A stretch of 64,000 bases of DNA from an uncultured Planctomycetota bacterium. Lineage in GTDB: Bacteria; Planctomycetota; Planctomycetia; Isosphaerales; Isosphaeraceae. Of this stretch, positions 13,585 to 27,400 are shown piece by piece. Where the stretch lies: NCBI GenBank assembly GCA_963845755.1, contig CAWJTV010000013.1:160001-224000 (forward strand), given 5' to 3'. The notes under the pieces are model-generated. The model did not search any database. It was not told the origin of the DNA and worked only from the letters and a program-made list of their open reading frames with translations. Position 1 is the stretch's first letter. Every line of letters starts with the position of its first letter. Made by a program: the position numbers and the translations under genes.

Positions 13585-13884
13585 GGCACCATATCCTTTC
13601 CCTGGGAAGTCTCAAGGATGGGAGACGTGCGATCGAAAGGAAACTCTTCAGCAAAGCGCATGCCGATTCCGCGGCGGTTCGCTCTGGCGTTGTCTCGACG
13701 CGATCATCATAAAACGGATCAAGCGACCGGTTTGTGACACACAGGCTGAATGCCAGCCGACGGCAACCTGGCCTACCGCCTGGCCTGGGAGGGCTGGCAT
13801 GTCCTTTGCACCTCGATCCTGCCGTAAGAGACAGCCCCATCGCGAAGCGGGGGTACCTTTCCAACCCAAGAAGAGGAGGGCGTC

Positions 13885-14322
13885 ATGGCTGGGACTTTGA
13901 AAGACAAGGCAAAAGCAGCAGGCAACACGATTTCCGAGAAGGCCACCGAAGCCGGGCACCGGGTCGGCGAGACCATGGAAGAGGCCAAGGATTGGGTCAA
14001 GGAGAAGGCCCACCAGGTCGGGAACCGGGTCCAGGAAGCGACGCAGAAGGCCGAGCATAAGGTCGAGGAGATGTTCGGCGATCGCAGTACCCAGACCGGG
14101 ACGACCGCCGATATCCGCGAGCATATGGATGTGTACGCATCATGCGGCACGAAGGTCGGACGCGTCGATCACGTCGAAGGTAGCCGGATCAAGCTGACCA
14201 AGAACGACAGCCCGGACGGTCTGCACCACTTCATCCCGACGAGCTGGGTGACGTGTGTCGATGATGGTGTCCACTTGAGTATGGATCACAGGGAAGTCCA
14301 GAGCCACTGGCAGAGCGCGTGA
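13885..14322 (+). CDS. DUF2171 protein with an N-terminal LEA/CsbD-like helical repeat (general stress-type)
   Basis: IREHMDVYASCGTKVGRVDHVEGSRIKLTKNDSPDGLHHFIP; GAGGAGG RBS. Confidence 0.85.
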   Translation: MAGTLKDKAKAAGNTISEKATEAGHRVGETMEEAKDWVKEKAHQVGNRVQEATQKAEHKVEEMFGDRSTQTGTTADIREHMDVYASCGTKVGRVDHVEGSRIKLTKNDSPDGLHHFIPTSWVTCVDDGVHLSMDHREVQSHWQSA

Positions 14323-14352
14323 GCGAACGGCCGTTGCCGCGCCAAGACCACA

Positions 14353-14379
14353 ACGGGCCGGGGCGAGTCCCCGGCCCGT
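14353..14379. terminator. Hairpin between convergent genes
   Basis: ACGGGCCGGGG-CGAGT-CCCCGGCCCGT, an 11-bp stem. Confidence 0.65.
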
Positions 14380-14408
14380 GTCGTCTCGAAACCTCGCATA
14401 GAAAAGCC

Positions 14409-16351
14409 CTACTTGCCGCTCGGAGTCGCCGATAGCTTCAACAACCGATCCACCGAATCGACCGTGATCGGATGATAACCCGGCCGGGCCGTGGCGTAGA
14501 TCGCCTCGGCACGCTGGCGCCCGGCGGGCGTCGCGAGCAACGCTTTATACAAGGGCAACACCAGCTTCCGGCGGCCGATCGTCGTCAGGTAGGACTTCAA
14601 CCGCTCATCCGCCTTCGCGTACTGGTTCCGGATCGCGATCAATAGCCACTGGTGGGCGATCTCGGAGTTGCCGCGCTCGGTCAGGCCGAACTTCTGATCG
14701 AGGTCGTTCAGGCGGTCTACGGGCAGCGTTTCGGGCAGGGCCTGGAGGAACCGGATCCATTCCTGGGTGGACCACTCCCCTGCCCCGAGCTTATCCGCGG
14801 CGATTGTCCCATCGAGCCAGCCGTGCGCGGCCATGTCGATCGCGTCGAGTCGCGTCGACTTCGGCTCGGTGAAGCCGGCGGGGAGACCGGGGCCTTCCAG
14901 CCAGGCGGTCAGGTCGATGAATTTGGCCTCGACCGGATCCGCCAGCAGGTTTTCTTTGAGGTAGGCCACGAAGTCGGCCGTGGTGATGCTCTGGAACGTG
15001 AAGTGATCGAAATACGCGCGGAGGAATCCGTCGAACCGGGCGCGGCCGAACTGCTTCTCCAGCGTCCGGAGGAAGAGTGCCCCTTTCTCGTAGGGAATGC
15101 GGTTCATCCCCTCGTCCGGGTCGCGGCCGGTGAGGTCGACGTGCAGCACCTGGTCTTTCGGCGGCTGGTCTTTTAACTCCGCGCCAGCTCCACCAGGCCG
15201 AGGCCCCATTCCATCTCGGCGCGATCGGCGCCGTAGAGGTCCTCGACGATCCGGCGTTCGAGATAGGTCGTGAACCCTTCATTGAGCCAGAAGTCGCGCC
15301 AGGTCGCGTTCGTCACCAGGTTGCCGGACCACGAGTGGGCCAGCTCGTGCGCGATCAGCGAGACCAGCGATCGGTCCCCCGCCAGGACCGTCGGCGTGGC
15401 GAACGTGAGCCGGGGGTTCTCCATCCCGCCGAACGGGAAGCTCGGGGGAAGCACCAGGATGTCGTAGCGGCCCCACCGATACCGGCCGAACCGCTTCTCG
15501 ATCGAGCCGACCATCGCCTCGACGTCGCCGAACTCGTACGCCGCCGCTTTGAGCACGCTCGGCTCGGCCCAGACCCCCGTCCGCTCCCCCAGCTTCTCGA
15601 ACGCCAGGTCGCCCACCGCCAGGGCCATCAGGTACGGCGGGATCGGCTGGGGCATCACGAATCGGAACACCCCTTCGCGGGCCTCGTCGGGTCGGACGCG
15701 CGACTCCGCCGCCATCACCGCCGTCAACCCCCGCGGGACCCGGATCGTCGCCGAGTAGTTGATCCGCACTCCCGGCGAGTCTTGCAGCGGAACCCACGAC
15801 CGCGCATGAATCGCCTCTGACTGCGTAAACAAGAACGGCCGGGACTTCCCCGCCGTCAGTGAGGGCTCCAGCCACTGGAGCGCGCTCGCCGTCGGCGCGG
15901 TCCGATAGCTGATGCGGACCTGGTTCGCCTCCGGCGTGAGATCGATGGTCAACCGTGAGCCCAGGATCGGATCGGCGGGAGCGAGCTGATGACGCGTCGG
16001 CGTGAACGGACTGGGATTGACCGTCAACCTGCGGAGGCTGATCTCGTGGATCGTCAGTCCGCGGGTGTCGAGGACCAGCGGCGCGTCGGGCGGACAGCCG
16101 TCTTGTCTTTGAATGTCGAGGACCGCCTCGCCCTTCAGCTCGCGACGGTCGAAGTCCACGCTGAGGTCGAGCGCGACCTGCCGGACCCGCACCTGATCCG
16201 GATTACCGTACGAGTGCACATCGCGACGTACGGCGTCCTTCCCATTCGCACGCTCGGGCTCCACGCCGCTGGCGAAGCCCGGGTGCACCACGCTTATCGC
16301 GAACCAGACGAGTGCGATCAGACCAACCGACACATGCGATGCAGTGGACAT
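14409..16351 (-). CDS. M1 aminopeptidase (leukotriene A4 hydrolase-like), indel near 15185
   Basis: FPFGGMENP, HELAHSW, WLNEG, YEKG, and an LTA4H-type C-terminal IGRRK motif. Signal peptide present. Confidence 0.93.
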
Positions 16352-16929
16352 CTCGCGGCCTTTCGGGAATTGGAGTGCGTTCCATGTCTCCGACCGTTCG
16401 TGAGCGTCGATTGTCCCCTCGAACGCCCCGGATTTGCCAGACCGCTTACGCCCGCTTTAAGAGATTAACCAGGCGCTCTGCGAGGATGAGAAGGCGCCTC
16501 CATCCTAGCCGCCCACGGCTAATCGTCACGACCGACTCGGGCGCCGGGGACAGATGGCCCGCGATACGTGGGAAGGGTAGGTCGGTAGGTTGCTTGCTGC
16601 GCGCGACATCGTGCGGGGATGGCCCCCCGCCCGGGGCCACCCCGAGGTCGTCGAAGGCCCGCACGGTGGGGGTGTAACTCCTCGCCGAGAATGTGGAGAA
16701 TCCATGAGCGACTTGATGTTCCCGGCGCCGTTAGGCACTGGATCAAGGTCGCTGACCGACGCCATCAACCACTGGGTTCTGAAGTCCCGGCCTCCGCCCG
16801 CGACCTGGTGACATCGACGGTGGAGGCGAGACTCTACTGCATGGTCGAGTGGTTGACGCGGGTCGAGCGGGCCATGAGTGCCGTCGGTAGGACCACCCAA
16901 GCGCATGATCAGTTTAGACCATGCCTTTG

Positions 16930-17400
16930 GTTTCCGGGTCTTCTACCCGGGCCCCTGCCTGGGGGCCACTGCATCCCGATCGACCCGTTCTACCTCACGT
17001 GGGTCTCGGGAGAGCACGGCCTGACTTCGCAATTCATCGAACTGGCCGGCGAGATCAACACGTCCATGGCCGCCTATGTCGTGAGCAGGGGTCGCCGCTG
17101 CGCTGAACGACCGGGGCAAGCCGGTCGAGTGGGCCGAGATCATCCTCTTGAGCGTGGCCTCCAAGAAGGATGCGTGCGATCGACGCAAGTCTCCAAGTCT
17201 CCAAGTCTCCCGTTCGTGCTGATGGAACACTTGCTGGAGAAGGGGGCCGAGGTATAATGCAACGTCCCCCACATTCTCACGCTGACGGCGATGCTCCGCT
17301 ATCCCGACCTGCGGACGTCCAGCCGGGAGCTGACGGAAGACTACCTGGAATCGCGCGACTGCGTGCTCATCGTCACCGACCATTCCACCTACGACTGAAA
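16930..17400 (+). pseudogene. Degraded C-terminal half of a nucleotide-sugar (UDP-GlcNAc/ManNAc-type) dehydrogenase
   Basis: [28 protein letters not shown] and DCVLIVTDHS are spread across frames with stops. The N-terminus is missing. Confidence 0.8.
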
Positions 17401-17532
17401 CCGGGCCGGCCGGCAGGTTCCGCGGATCGTCAACGCTCACAACGCGACCCGGAACCTGATCTACCCGAGGACCACGATCGTCCGCGCCTCAATCACAAGA
17501 GGCCATTCACCGCGGCGCAAGGAGAGATCGCC

Positions 17533-18471
17533 ATGAGCAGACCTGGATTGGCATTAGTGACTGGGGGCGCCGGCTTCATCGGCTCGCACCTGGTCGAAGC
17601 ACTATTGGGAGAGGGCCTACGGGTCCGCGTGGTGGATAACCTGGCGACGGGCCGTTTGTCCAACCTGGCGCATCTGGAGGGGCGGTTCGAGTGGATCGAG
17701 GGAAACGCGGCGGATTTCGCGGTCTGCCGCCGGGCCGCCGAGGGCGTGGATTATGTGTTCCACCAGGCGGCAATCCCCAGCGTTCCGCGCTCGGTGCGCG
17801 AGCCGTTGCTGTCGCACGAGAGCGGGCCGACCTCCACGCTGAACATGCTGGAGGCCGCGCGTCAGACGGGGGTGAGGCGCTTCATGTTCGCCGCCTCGAG
17901 CAGCGCCTATGGCGACACGGTCGAGCTGCCGAAGCACGAAGGAATGCTGCCGCTGCCGCTCAGTCCGTATGCCGCCGGCAAGCTGGCCGGTGAGTACTAT
18001 GTGCGGGTCTATGCGAGGACGATGGGGCTGGACGGGGTGAGCCTGCGCTACTTCAACATCTTCGGACCCCGGCAGGACCCGTCGAGCCCGTACAGCGGCG
18101 TGATCTCTCTGTTCATCAAGCGCATGTCGCAGGGCCAGGGCCCGATCATTTTCGGGGACGGGGAGCAGACCCGGGACTTCACTTACGTCGCCAATGCCGT
18201 GGCGGCCAACCTGGCTGCGATGCGGCACCCCGAGCCGTTAGCCGGCGAGATACTCAATGTCGGGACGGGACGACGAATCCGGCTGCTCGACGTGGTGGAC
18301 ACTCTGAACCGCATCTACCAGACGGACCACCAGCCAGAATTCCAGCCATCGCGCCTCGGCGACGTGCGTGACTCCCTGGCCAGCTTGGAGCGGATCGGCC
18401 GCGTCCTCGGTTATCGACCACTCATCCCGTTCGATGAAGGATTGAGACTTACCGTTGAGGCCAGCCGCTGA
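17533..18471 (+). CDS. NAD-dependent NDP-sugar epimerase (UDP-GlcNAc 4-epimerase-like extended SDR)
   Basis: LVTGGAGFIGSHL, ASSSAYG, YAAGK, LRYFNIFGPRQDP and QTRDFTYV. Confidence 0.93.
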   Translation: MSRPGLALVTGGAGFIGSHLVEALLGEGLRVRVVDNLATGRLSNLAHLEGRFEWIEGNAADFAVCRRAAEGVDYVFHQAAIPSVPRSVREPLLSHESGPTSTLNMLEAARQTGVRRFMFAASSSAYGDTVELPKHEGMLPLPLSPYAAGKLAGEYYVRVYARTMGLDGVSLRYFNIFGPRQDPSSPYSGVISLFIKRMSQGQGPIIFGDGEQTRDFTYVANAVAANLAAMRHPEPLAGEILNVGTGRRIRLLDVVDTLNRIYQTDHQPEFQPSRLGDVRDSLASLERIGRVLGYRPLIPFDEGLRLTVEASR

Positions 18472-18499
18472 TCGGTCGATCGCGGCGCTTCGATTCTCA

Positions 18500-19460
18500 T
18501 GACCAAACGCGGCATAGCCGCTTGACGACCTGGTTCCCGCTGACCGTCCAGGTCCATGTCAACGGCTGCTCCTGGCTGGGCCAGCAGATGCTCGCCCGCC
18601 GGCTGACATTCAACATTCAGGACAATGCCCTCACGGCCCTCGAGGATCCTCAGGCCGCTCAGGAGTTGGCCGATTCGGTCGTCCGTCACAACTGGGTCAA
18701 GATCCTCAACCGCCCGGTGCGCTCGGTCAACCTCTTGATGAACGAGCGGTGGTTTCGCGGCCTCAGCGATTATTGGGCGGTGGACCAAGCCGAGTAGGCC
18801 AACCCGTCTGATCGTCACCAGCCGCGAGGTGCTGGCCGGCTGGGATCCGCGGCTGCTGGATGACTCCGCGGTCCACATCTCGGCCAAGTCGATGCCGGGT
18901 TTCTTGGGGCGGCGGTTGCATCCCCGGTTCGACGGGGAGGTGCTCACCGATTGTCGGAAAGGACAAGAGCGTGGCCGACCTCTACCGGTACCGCGCGGTG
19001 GCGCTGGCGTCCAACTGCCGTTACCTGGGCGCGTTGGCGGTGGTGGACGACCCGGCGCCGGCGTATCGCCAGGTCGAGGAACTGACCGAGCCGGTGGTGG
19101 TCTCGGGGCGGGTCCATGGCGGGTTCAACCCGGCCAGCCCGGCGGACGTGCGGCTGTTCCAGGCGGTCTTAGCCGGCGAGAAGCTGCTGCGGGGCTTCCG
19201 CAACGCCGAGATCCGCACGGCGTTGTATCGCACGACGGAGGACGACGGCCAACGCCGTCGTCAAAGCCACGCAGTCGGCCGGATGATGAAGCGATTGCAC
19301 GTGCGCGGCCGGATCGTGGAGGTGCCGCGCAGCCACCGGAGGCACGTCAGCGTCAAGGGCCGGCACGTTCTCGGTGCAATCGTGCGGCTGGATCATGAGG
19401 GGATTCCGGCGGCGTCATTCGCCCGAAAGATGCGCACGGCGCAGAGATCCTACGAAGGTT
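18500..19460 (+). mobile_element. Decayed fragment of an unclassified transposase-like protein with a C-terminal winged helix
   Basis: TWFPLTVQVHVNG.SWL, DNALTALEDPQAAQELAD, YWAVDQAE, GFRNAEIR and MKRLHVRG.I.EVPRSHR. Contains stops and frameshifts. The family assignment is from recall only. Confidence 0.55.
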
Positions 19461-21431
19461 AAGTCTAAAACGCCCGGATTAAATAAAAGAGATCATCAGA
19501 AAATGACACGATTGAACCTTTGTTGACACGCGCGCTGCCTAACCGTGAGCAAACGCCTTCTCAGGTGGCCGGCCTTGTGCTGGCCACTCGACCAATGGGT
19601 TTCGCCTGAAGGTCGCCTGGCGAGGAAGTTCCCTCGCGAGGTTTAACATCCATCACGTCACCACGGACTCTGGTTACCATGGCTGGATCCGGCTGGTCTT
19701 GCCAGATGCCTTGATCCTGATAACCTCTTGTGGACGCTTCGTTTCCGCGGTGGAATCGGGCGACCTTCATTCCCGGCATTCCCAAATCGTCGAGCGTTGG
19801 GTCCCGCGAGGAGTCGGAACCGGCTCGCGCCACGCGTGGCGAACCAGAGCCGACTTTCATGACAATCCGGTCGCCTCGACACCGGCGCGGGACTTGCACG
19901 AAAGCGCATCCGCTGAATCACTGGAACCGATGGCGACGATTGAGTCGCAGGGCCAGCGCCCTGCCGTGATCGGGGCTTTCACGCCGCATCCCGAGGACGC
20001 CTCGCCCCCTGAACCAGGCCAGCCGACAAACGGCCTAATCTGTCGATTCAAGCTGGAGCTGTGCACGCTGTTAGCCTTAATGAATAAGGCATACGCCGAT
20101 CGGGTCGCTCGAACCTTGTAGCGAATCCCCCGTCCGCTGACCCTCAGGCCCACCTTCTCGGCGCTCCGCGGCAAAGTTAAATTAGGCTTCAATCTTTGAA
20201 TAAACAATAAAACATCAGATCAAATAAGAATTTCAAAAAATTATTATAGATAACTATAAATAAAAATGAGAATATTTGAATTTTTTAACGACCGCCCGAA
20301 GCCTTTGTCCCGGCACGAAAACGGTCGGGATCGCCGCCCCCAGGCAACGCGACGAGGGTGGCCCCAGTTGCCGGGGAGGGGTCGAGGATTCTCGACGGCC
20401 TGCGCGCAGGTGGACTCGAGGCTGCCCATCGGCAAGGGTCAGTTTCAGTGATGCATGAATGTGTTCTCTCATGTCCTCAATAATCCACAGGTGCTCGCGT
20501 CAGTGCATCATTACCTATAGATTTTCTTTAATATCGATTCTTGACATCCTCTGGGCACCTTGCTAACTTGAGCGATCTCTTATTTCTCAGGGTATTTGGA
20601 CTGACGCATAAACGCGCTCGATTTGCGGGCGGCTCCGGCATCCATCATTCGAACAACGTCTACATCCATTCTGACAACCAATTCATATTCATAAAAATCA
20701 TCGCTGAGTCAGAATTATCGAGTCACAAAGTCGAGTTGACCGAGTACCGCTTGGTGTGTTCTGACTACGGCTACCCCAGGAACTTTCCCGTACCTCGATT
20801 CCAGCGGTCACTAAGCAAAGCTCTCTTTCATGCATGGTTGTGCGAGGACGCCGCTTGGTGAGGGTTCGCCGATCGCGGTACCAGTTCCGTCTCGTTTTGA
20901 CGACAAGCAGTTGTTCCGCATGCCAGAGTGTCCTATTTATGTAATAGGGCAGAGGTGACTAAACGTACTTCGCGGACCCGACCAGCAGCCCTCCCGCACC
21001 GTAGATATCCGAACCTGAAGACGCAATTTTTATTGATCATATGAAGGTTTGAACGTGTATGGTATGGCGCAAGCCAGCCGCACGTTACGATCGCGCTGCG
21101 CCTGCCGGACGCCGACCGCATGGGAATCAGCCAGCGAGGGTTACGATGAGTCCGCCGATCGCGATCGCCGGCCTTTTCCAAGTGCGCCCTCTGGGTTGCC
21201 GGACTACGACCAAGCTGTCCGTCGAGCCGTTCAGGGACCGGGCCTGCCGGTCCAAGCTTCTTCGAGTCGCCATGCATGTAGGGATGCAATCCTGGACGCA
21301 TCCTTGCTGAGTTCCTCTCGACCATTGGTTCGAGATGGTTGAAGTCCGCGAGTGCAGGCCCCGTCCCCTCTCCCGACCGAGCCGCCGATCCGGCTGGCTC
21401 CGACTTGAGATTCATCAGGAGATTTGCTTCG

Positions 21432-24400
21432 ATGCGTCACTTGATCACACGTTTTCCCCGCGTCGCGAGACTCAATATCAAGACCTCGAGGCGGGTCGAT
21501 CGGCGAGGAGTCGCGCTCCGGCCGCGGTTCGAGTCCTTGGAGCCGCGACTGGTGTTGAGCACCTACTACATCGCCACGACCGGGAACGACAAAAACAACG
21601 GCTCGAAGTCCAGCCCCTTCGCCACCCTCCAGCACGCCATGATCTCGCTCGAGCCTGGCGACATCCTCGACGTCGAGTCCGGGTCCTATGCCGGCTTCAT
21701 CTCCGGCTGGGATTCTTCCACCCCGGCCAGTTCCGGAGATCCCTACGGCTATATCGACGGCACCGCCGGCAACCCGATCACCATCCAGGCCGATCCCAGC
21801 GCACCCGCTGGCTCGGTCATCATCGACTCGCGCGACAACGAGACGGCCGTCGGCATCGACCTGGAACCCGGTGATAACTACATCACCATTTCCGGCTTGA
21901 CGATCGAGGACGGCGACGGCAGCATCACCAAGGACGGATTCAAAGTGACCGGGATCAACGACAGCCTTATCGATAACACCGTGACCGGGGTCGGAGGGTT
22001 CGGCATTATTGCCGACAACGCGAATAACGTGCTCCTCCAGGGCAATACCGTCTCCGGTACCACGGGAAGTGGCGATACCGGCCATGGGATCTACATCTCC
22101 GGCAGCACCAACGACGCGGTGGTCGAAGGGAACACCATCGCGAACAACGATTATATCGGCATCCATATTAATGGAGATGCGAGCGAGGGAGGCCTGGGAC
22201 TGGTCACCAATGCCCTCATCGAGGACAACGTGATCTACGGCAACGGCCAGAATGGCATCAACGCCGACGGCCTTCAGAATTCCACCATCGAGAACAACCT
22301 GATCTACAACTATCAGGATTTCGGGATCTGTCTCTATCAGGTCAACGCGTCCGGGCCCAGCAAGAACAACATCATCGTTGACAACACCATCGATTACGGC
22401 ACTTCCAGCGGCGCCGGTGCGGCATCCGTATCCTGGATGGGAGCACGGGCAATACCGTCTTGAATAACATCTTGCTGGGCGGCGGAGGGATCACGATCCG
22501 GATCAGCAGCGACAGCATGAGCGGCCTGACGAGCAACTACAACGTCGTCGAGTCGCTGTTCCAGTCGGAGGACACCGGCAACACCGAGTCCCTCGCCCAG
22601 TGGCAGAGTTCGACCGGCCAGGACGCGAAATCGTTCACGGCGACGCCGTCGCAGCTCTTCGTCAATCCGTCGGGCAACAACTACCAGGAGCTATCGACCA
22701 GCCCGTCGATCGGTGCCGGGACCGCGACGGATTCACCGAGCACGGACATCCTCGGCAATCCGCGCCCCAGCTCCTATGGCTATGACATCGGTGCCTACGA
22801 ATATGAAGGCTCGTCATCCGGGGCGCCGACGGTGGTCAGCGAGAGTCCGGGACAGAATGCGTCCAACGTGAATGTGTCGACGACCGCGACTGCGACGTTC
22901 AACGAGGCGGTCCAGTCGAGCACGATCACCTTCACGCTGACGCCCAGCGGCGGCAGCCCGGTCGCGGCCAGCCTCTCCTACAACAGCACGACCGACACGG
23001 CGACGTTGACCCCCAGCTCGGCCCTGGCCTACAACACCAGTTACACGGCCACCGTCAGCGGGGCCAAGAGCACCTCCGGTATCGCCATGAGCTCGCCATT
23101 CTCGTGGTCGTTCACGACCGACGTGGCGCCGCCGAGCGTCACGAGCGAGTCGCCGGCCAAGGGTGCGACGAATGTGGCCGTGTCGACGACCGCGACCGCG
23201 ACGTTCAACGAGGCGGTCCAGTCGAGCACGATCACCTTCACGCTGACGCCCAGCGGCGGCAGCCCGGTCGCAGCCAGCCTCTCCTACAACAGCACGACCG
23301 ACACGGTGACGTTGACCCCCAGCTCGGCCCTGGCCTACAACACCAGTTACACGGCCAGCGTGAGCGGGGCCAAGGACAGCGCCGGCGATCCCATGAGCTC
23401 GCCATTCTCATGGTCGTTCACGACCGTTGGGGTGCCGCCGAGCGTCACGAGCGAGTCGCCGGCCAAGGGTGCGACGAATGTGGCCGTGTCGACGACCGCG
23501 ACTGCGACGTTCAACGAGGCGGTCCAGTCCAGCACGATCACCTTCACGTTGACGCCCAGCGGCGGCAGCCCGGTCGCAGCCAGCCTCTCCTACAACAGCA
23601 CGACCGACACGGCGACGTTGACCCCCAGCTCGGCCCTGGCCTACAACACCAGTTACACGGCCACCGTCAGCGGGGCCAAGAGCACAACCGGCGTTGCCAT
23701 GAGCTCGCCATTCTCATGGTCGTTCACGACCGACGTGGCGCCACCGAGCGTCACGAGCGAGTCGCCGGCCAAGGGTGCGACGAATGTGGCCGTGTCGACG
23801 ACCGCGACCGCGACGTTCAACGAGGCGGTCCAGTCGAGCACGATCACCTTCACGCTGACGCCCAGCGGCGGCAGCCCGGTCGCAGCCAGCCTCTCCTACA
23901 ACAGCACGACCGACACGGCGACGTTGACCCCCAGCTCGGCCCTGGCCTACAACACCAGTTACACGGCCAGCGTGAGCGGGGCCAAGGACAGCGCCGGCGA
24001 TCCCATGAGCTCGCCGTTCTCGTGGTCGTTCACGACCGACGTGGCGCTCGCCGAGCGTCACGAGCGAGTCGCCGGCCAAGGGGGCGACGAACGTGGCCGT
24101 GTCGACGACCGCGACCGCGACGTTCAACGAGGCGGTCCAGTCGAGCACGATCACCTTCACGCTGACGCCCAGCGGCGGCAGCCCGGTCGCGGCCAGCCTC
24201 TCCTACAACAGCACGACCGACACGGCGACGTTGACCCCCAGCTCGGCCCTGGCCTACAACACCAGTTACACGGCCAGCGTGAGCGGGGCCAAGGACAGCG
24301 CCGGCGATCCCATGAGCTCGCCATTCTCGTGGTCGTTCACGACCGTCGGGGTGCCGCCGAGCGTCACGAGCGAGTCGCCGGCCAAGGGTGCGACGAATGT

Positions 24401-27400
24401 GGCCGTGTCGACGACCGCGACCGCGACGTTCAACGAGGCGGTCCAGTCGAGCACGATCACCTTCACGCTGACGCCCAGCGGCGGCAGCCCGGTCGCGGCC
24501 AGCCTCTCCTACAACAGCACGACCGACACGGCGACGTTGACCCCCAGCTCGGCCCTGGCCTACAACACCAGTTACACGGCCAGCGTGAGCGGGGCCAAGA
24601 GCACAACCGGCGTCGCCATGAGCTCGCCATTCTCATGGTCGTTCACGACCGACGTGGCGCCGCCGAGCGTCACGAGCGAGTCGCCGGCCAAGGGGGCGAC
24701 GAACGTGGCCGTGTCGACGACCGCGACCGCGACGTTCAACGAGGCGGTCCAGTCGAGCACGATCACCTTCACGCTGACGCCCAGCGGCGGCAGCCCGATC
24801 GCGGCCAGCCTCTCCTACAACAGCACGACCGACACGGCGACGTTGACCCCCAAGTCGGCCCTGGCCTACAACACCAGTTACACGGCCAGCGTGAGCGGGG
24901 CCAAGGACAGCGCCGGCGATCCCATGAGCTCGCCGTTCTCGTGGTCGTTCACGACCGACGTGGTGCCACCGAGCGTCACGAGCGAGTCGCCGACCAAGGG
25001 TGCGACGAATGTGGCCGTGTCAACGACCGCGACCGCGACGTTCAACGAGGCGGTCCAGTCGAGCACGATCACCTTCACGCTGACGCCCAGCGGCGGCAGC
25101 CCGATCGCGGCCAGCCTCTCCTACAACAGCACGACCGACACGGCGACGTTGACCCCCAAGTCGGCCCTGGCCTACAACACCAGTTACACGGCCAGCGTGA
25201 GCGGGGCCAAGGACAGCGCCGGCGATCCCATGAGCTCGCCGTTCTCGTGGTCGTTCACGACCGTGCCAGCGTCGCTAACCACGTACTATGTGGCCACGAC
25301 CGGGAGCGACAAAAACAACGGCTCGAAGTCCAGCCCCTTCGCCACCTTCCAGCACGCCATGATGTCGCTCCAGCCGGGTGATACCCTGGACGTCGAGTCC
25401 GGGTCCTATGCCGGCTTCATCTCCGGCTGGGATTCCACCCCGGCCAGTTCGGGAGATCCCTACGGCTACATCGACGGTACGGCCGGCAACCCGATCACCA
25501 TCCAGGCCGATCCCAGCGCACCCGCTGGCTCGGTCATCATCGACTCGCGCGACAACAAGACGGCCGTCGGTATCGACCTGGAACCCGCTGATAACTACAT
25601 CACCATTTCCGGTTTGACGATCGAGGACGGCGACGGCAGCATCACCCGTGCGGGATTCAAGGTGACCGGGACCAACGACAGCCTTATCAATAACACCGTG
25701 ACCGGGGTCGGAGGGTTCGGCATCCTCGCCGACAACGCGAATAACGTGCTCCTCCAGGGCAACACCGTCTCTGGTACCACGGGAAGTGGCGCTACCGGCC
25801 ATGGGATCTACATCTCCGGCAGCACCAACGACGCGGTGGTCGAAGGGAACACCATCGCGAACAACGGTTATATCGGCATCCATGTTGATGGAGATGCGAG
25901 CGAGGGAGGCCTGGGACTGGTCACCAATGCCCTCATCGAGGACAACGTGATCTACGGCAACGGCCAGAATGGCATCAACGCCGACGGCCTTCAGAATTCC
26001 ACCATCGAGAACAACCTGATCTACAACTATCAGGATTACGGGATCTGTCTCTATCAGGTCAACGCGTCGGGGCCCAGCAAGAACAACATCATCGTTGACA
26101 ACACCATCGATTACGGCACTTCCAGCGGCGCCGGTGCGGCGCTCCGCATCCTGGATGGGAGCACGGGCAATACCGTCTTGAATAATATCTTGCTGGGTGG
26201 CGGAGGGATCACGATCCGGATCAGCAGCGACAGCATGAGCGGCCTGACGAGCAACTACAACGTCGTCGAGTCGCTGTTCCAGTCGGAGGACACCGGCAAC
26301 ACCGAGTCCCTCGCCCAGTGGCAGAGTTCGACCGGCCAGGACGCGAAATCGTTCACGGCGACGCCGTCGCAGCTCTTCGTCAACCCGTCGGGCAACAACT
26401 ACCAGGAGCTATCGACCAGCCCGTCGATCGGTGCCGGGACCGCGACGGATTCGCCGAGCACGGACATCCTCGGCAATCCGCGCCCCAGCTCCTATGGTTA
26501 TGACATCGGCGCCTACGAATATAAAGGCTCGTCATCCGGGGCGCCGACGGTGGTCAGCGAGAGTCCGGGACAGAATGCGTCCAACGTGAATGTGTCGACG
26601 ACCGCGACCGCGACGTTCAACGAGGCGGTCCAGCCCAGCACGATCACCTTCACGCTGACGCCCAAGGGCGGTAGCCCGGTCGCGGCCAGCGACTCCTACA
26701 ACACTTCTACCGACACGGTGACGTTGACGCCCAAGTCGGCCCTGGCCTACAACACCAGTTACACGGTCACCGTCAGCGGGGCCAAGAGCACAACCGGCGT
26801 CATCATGAGCTCGCCATTCTCATGGTCGTTCACGACCGAAGTCAAGCCGCCGAGCATCACGAGCGAGTCGCCGGCTAATAAGGCACCTAATGTTTCAGTA
26901 ACGACCAAGGTGACTGCTACGTTCAATGAGGCAGTGCAGGCCAGCTCCATCGTTTTCACTCTCAAGAACCACTCGGGCGGAACGGTGTCTGCAGCCTTAT
27001 CCTATAACTCCACGACCCACACCGCCGCTTTGGCTCCGAGATCGAGCTTGGCCTACTCGACGACCTACACGGCCACGGTCAGCGGTGCCAAGGATAGCGC
27101 GGGTGACCCCATGCCTGGCCCATTCTCATGGTCGTTCACGACGCCAGCGAATCCGAAGTCTCCCGCGATGATGACATTGCTTGGATTGCCTTCCAGCCAA
27201 TTCTCAAGCCCGATTGCGCAATCGAGCTCAAGTGCTGCCAACTTGAACGAGAGAGGCTCGGAACCGAAATCCACCGGTAACGGCAGTGCGGCATCTCCGA
27301 GCATGGTGCTACAATCCGACTTCCCGTACGACGACCTGCAAACGGCAGCCGCTGTCAACTTGGTGACCGACAGCCCGCTCGGGACCGTGCCGGAAACGGT

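Noticed and set aside
24050..25381. Gln/His/Arg-rich C-terminus of the 973-aa ORF
   Set aside because: Off-frame reading of the Ig repeats after a 1-bp insertion at ~24047.
21560..26845. Diversity-generating retroelement template/variable repeat pair
   Set aside because: Both copies are coding and much longer than DGR repeats, differences are not evidently adenine-specific, and no reverse transcriptase gene is present.
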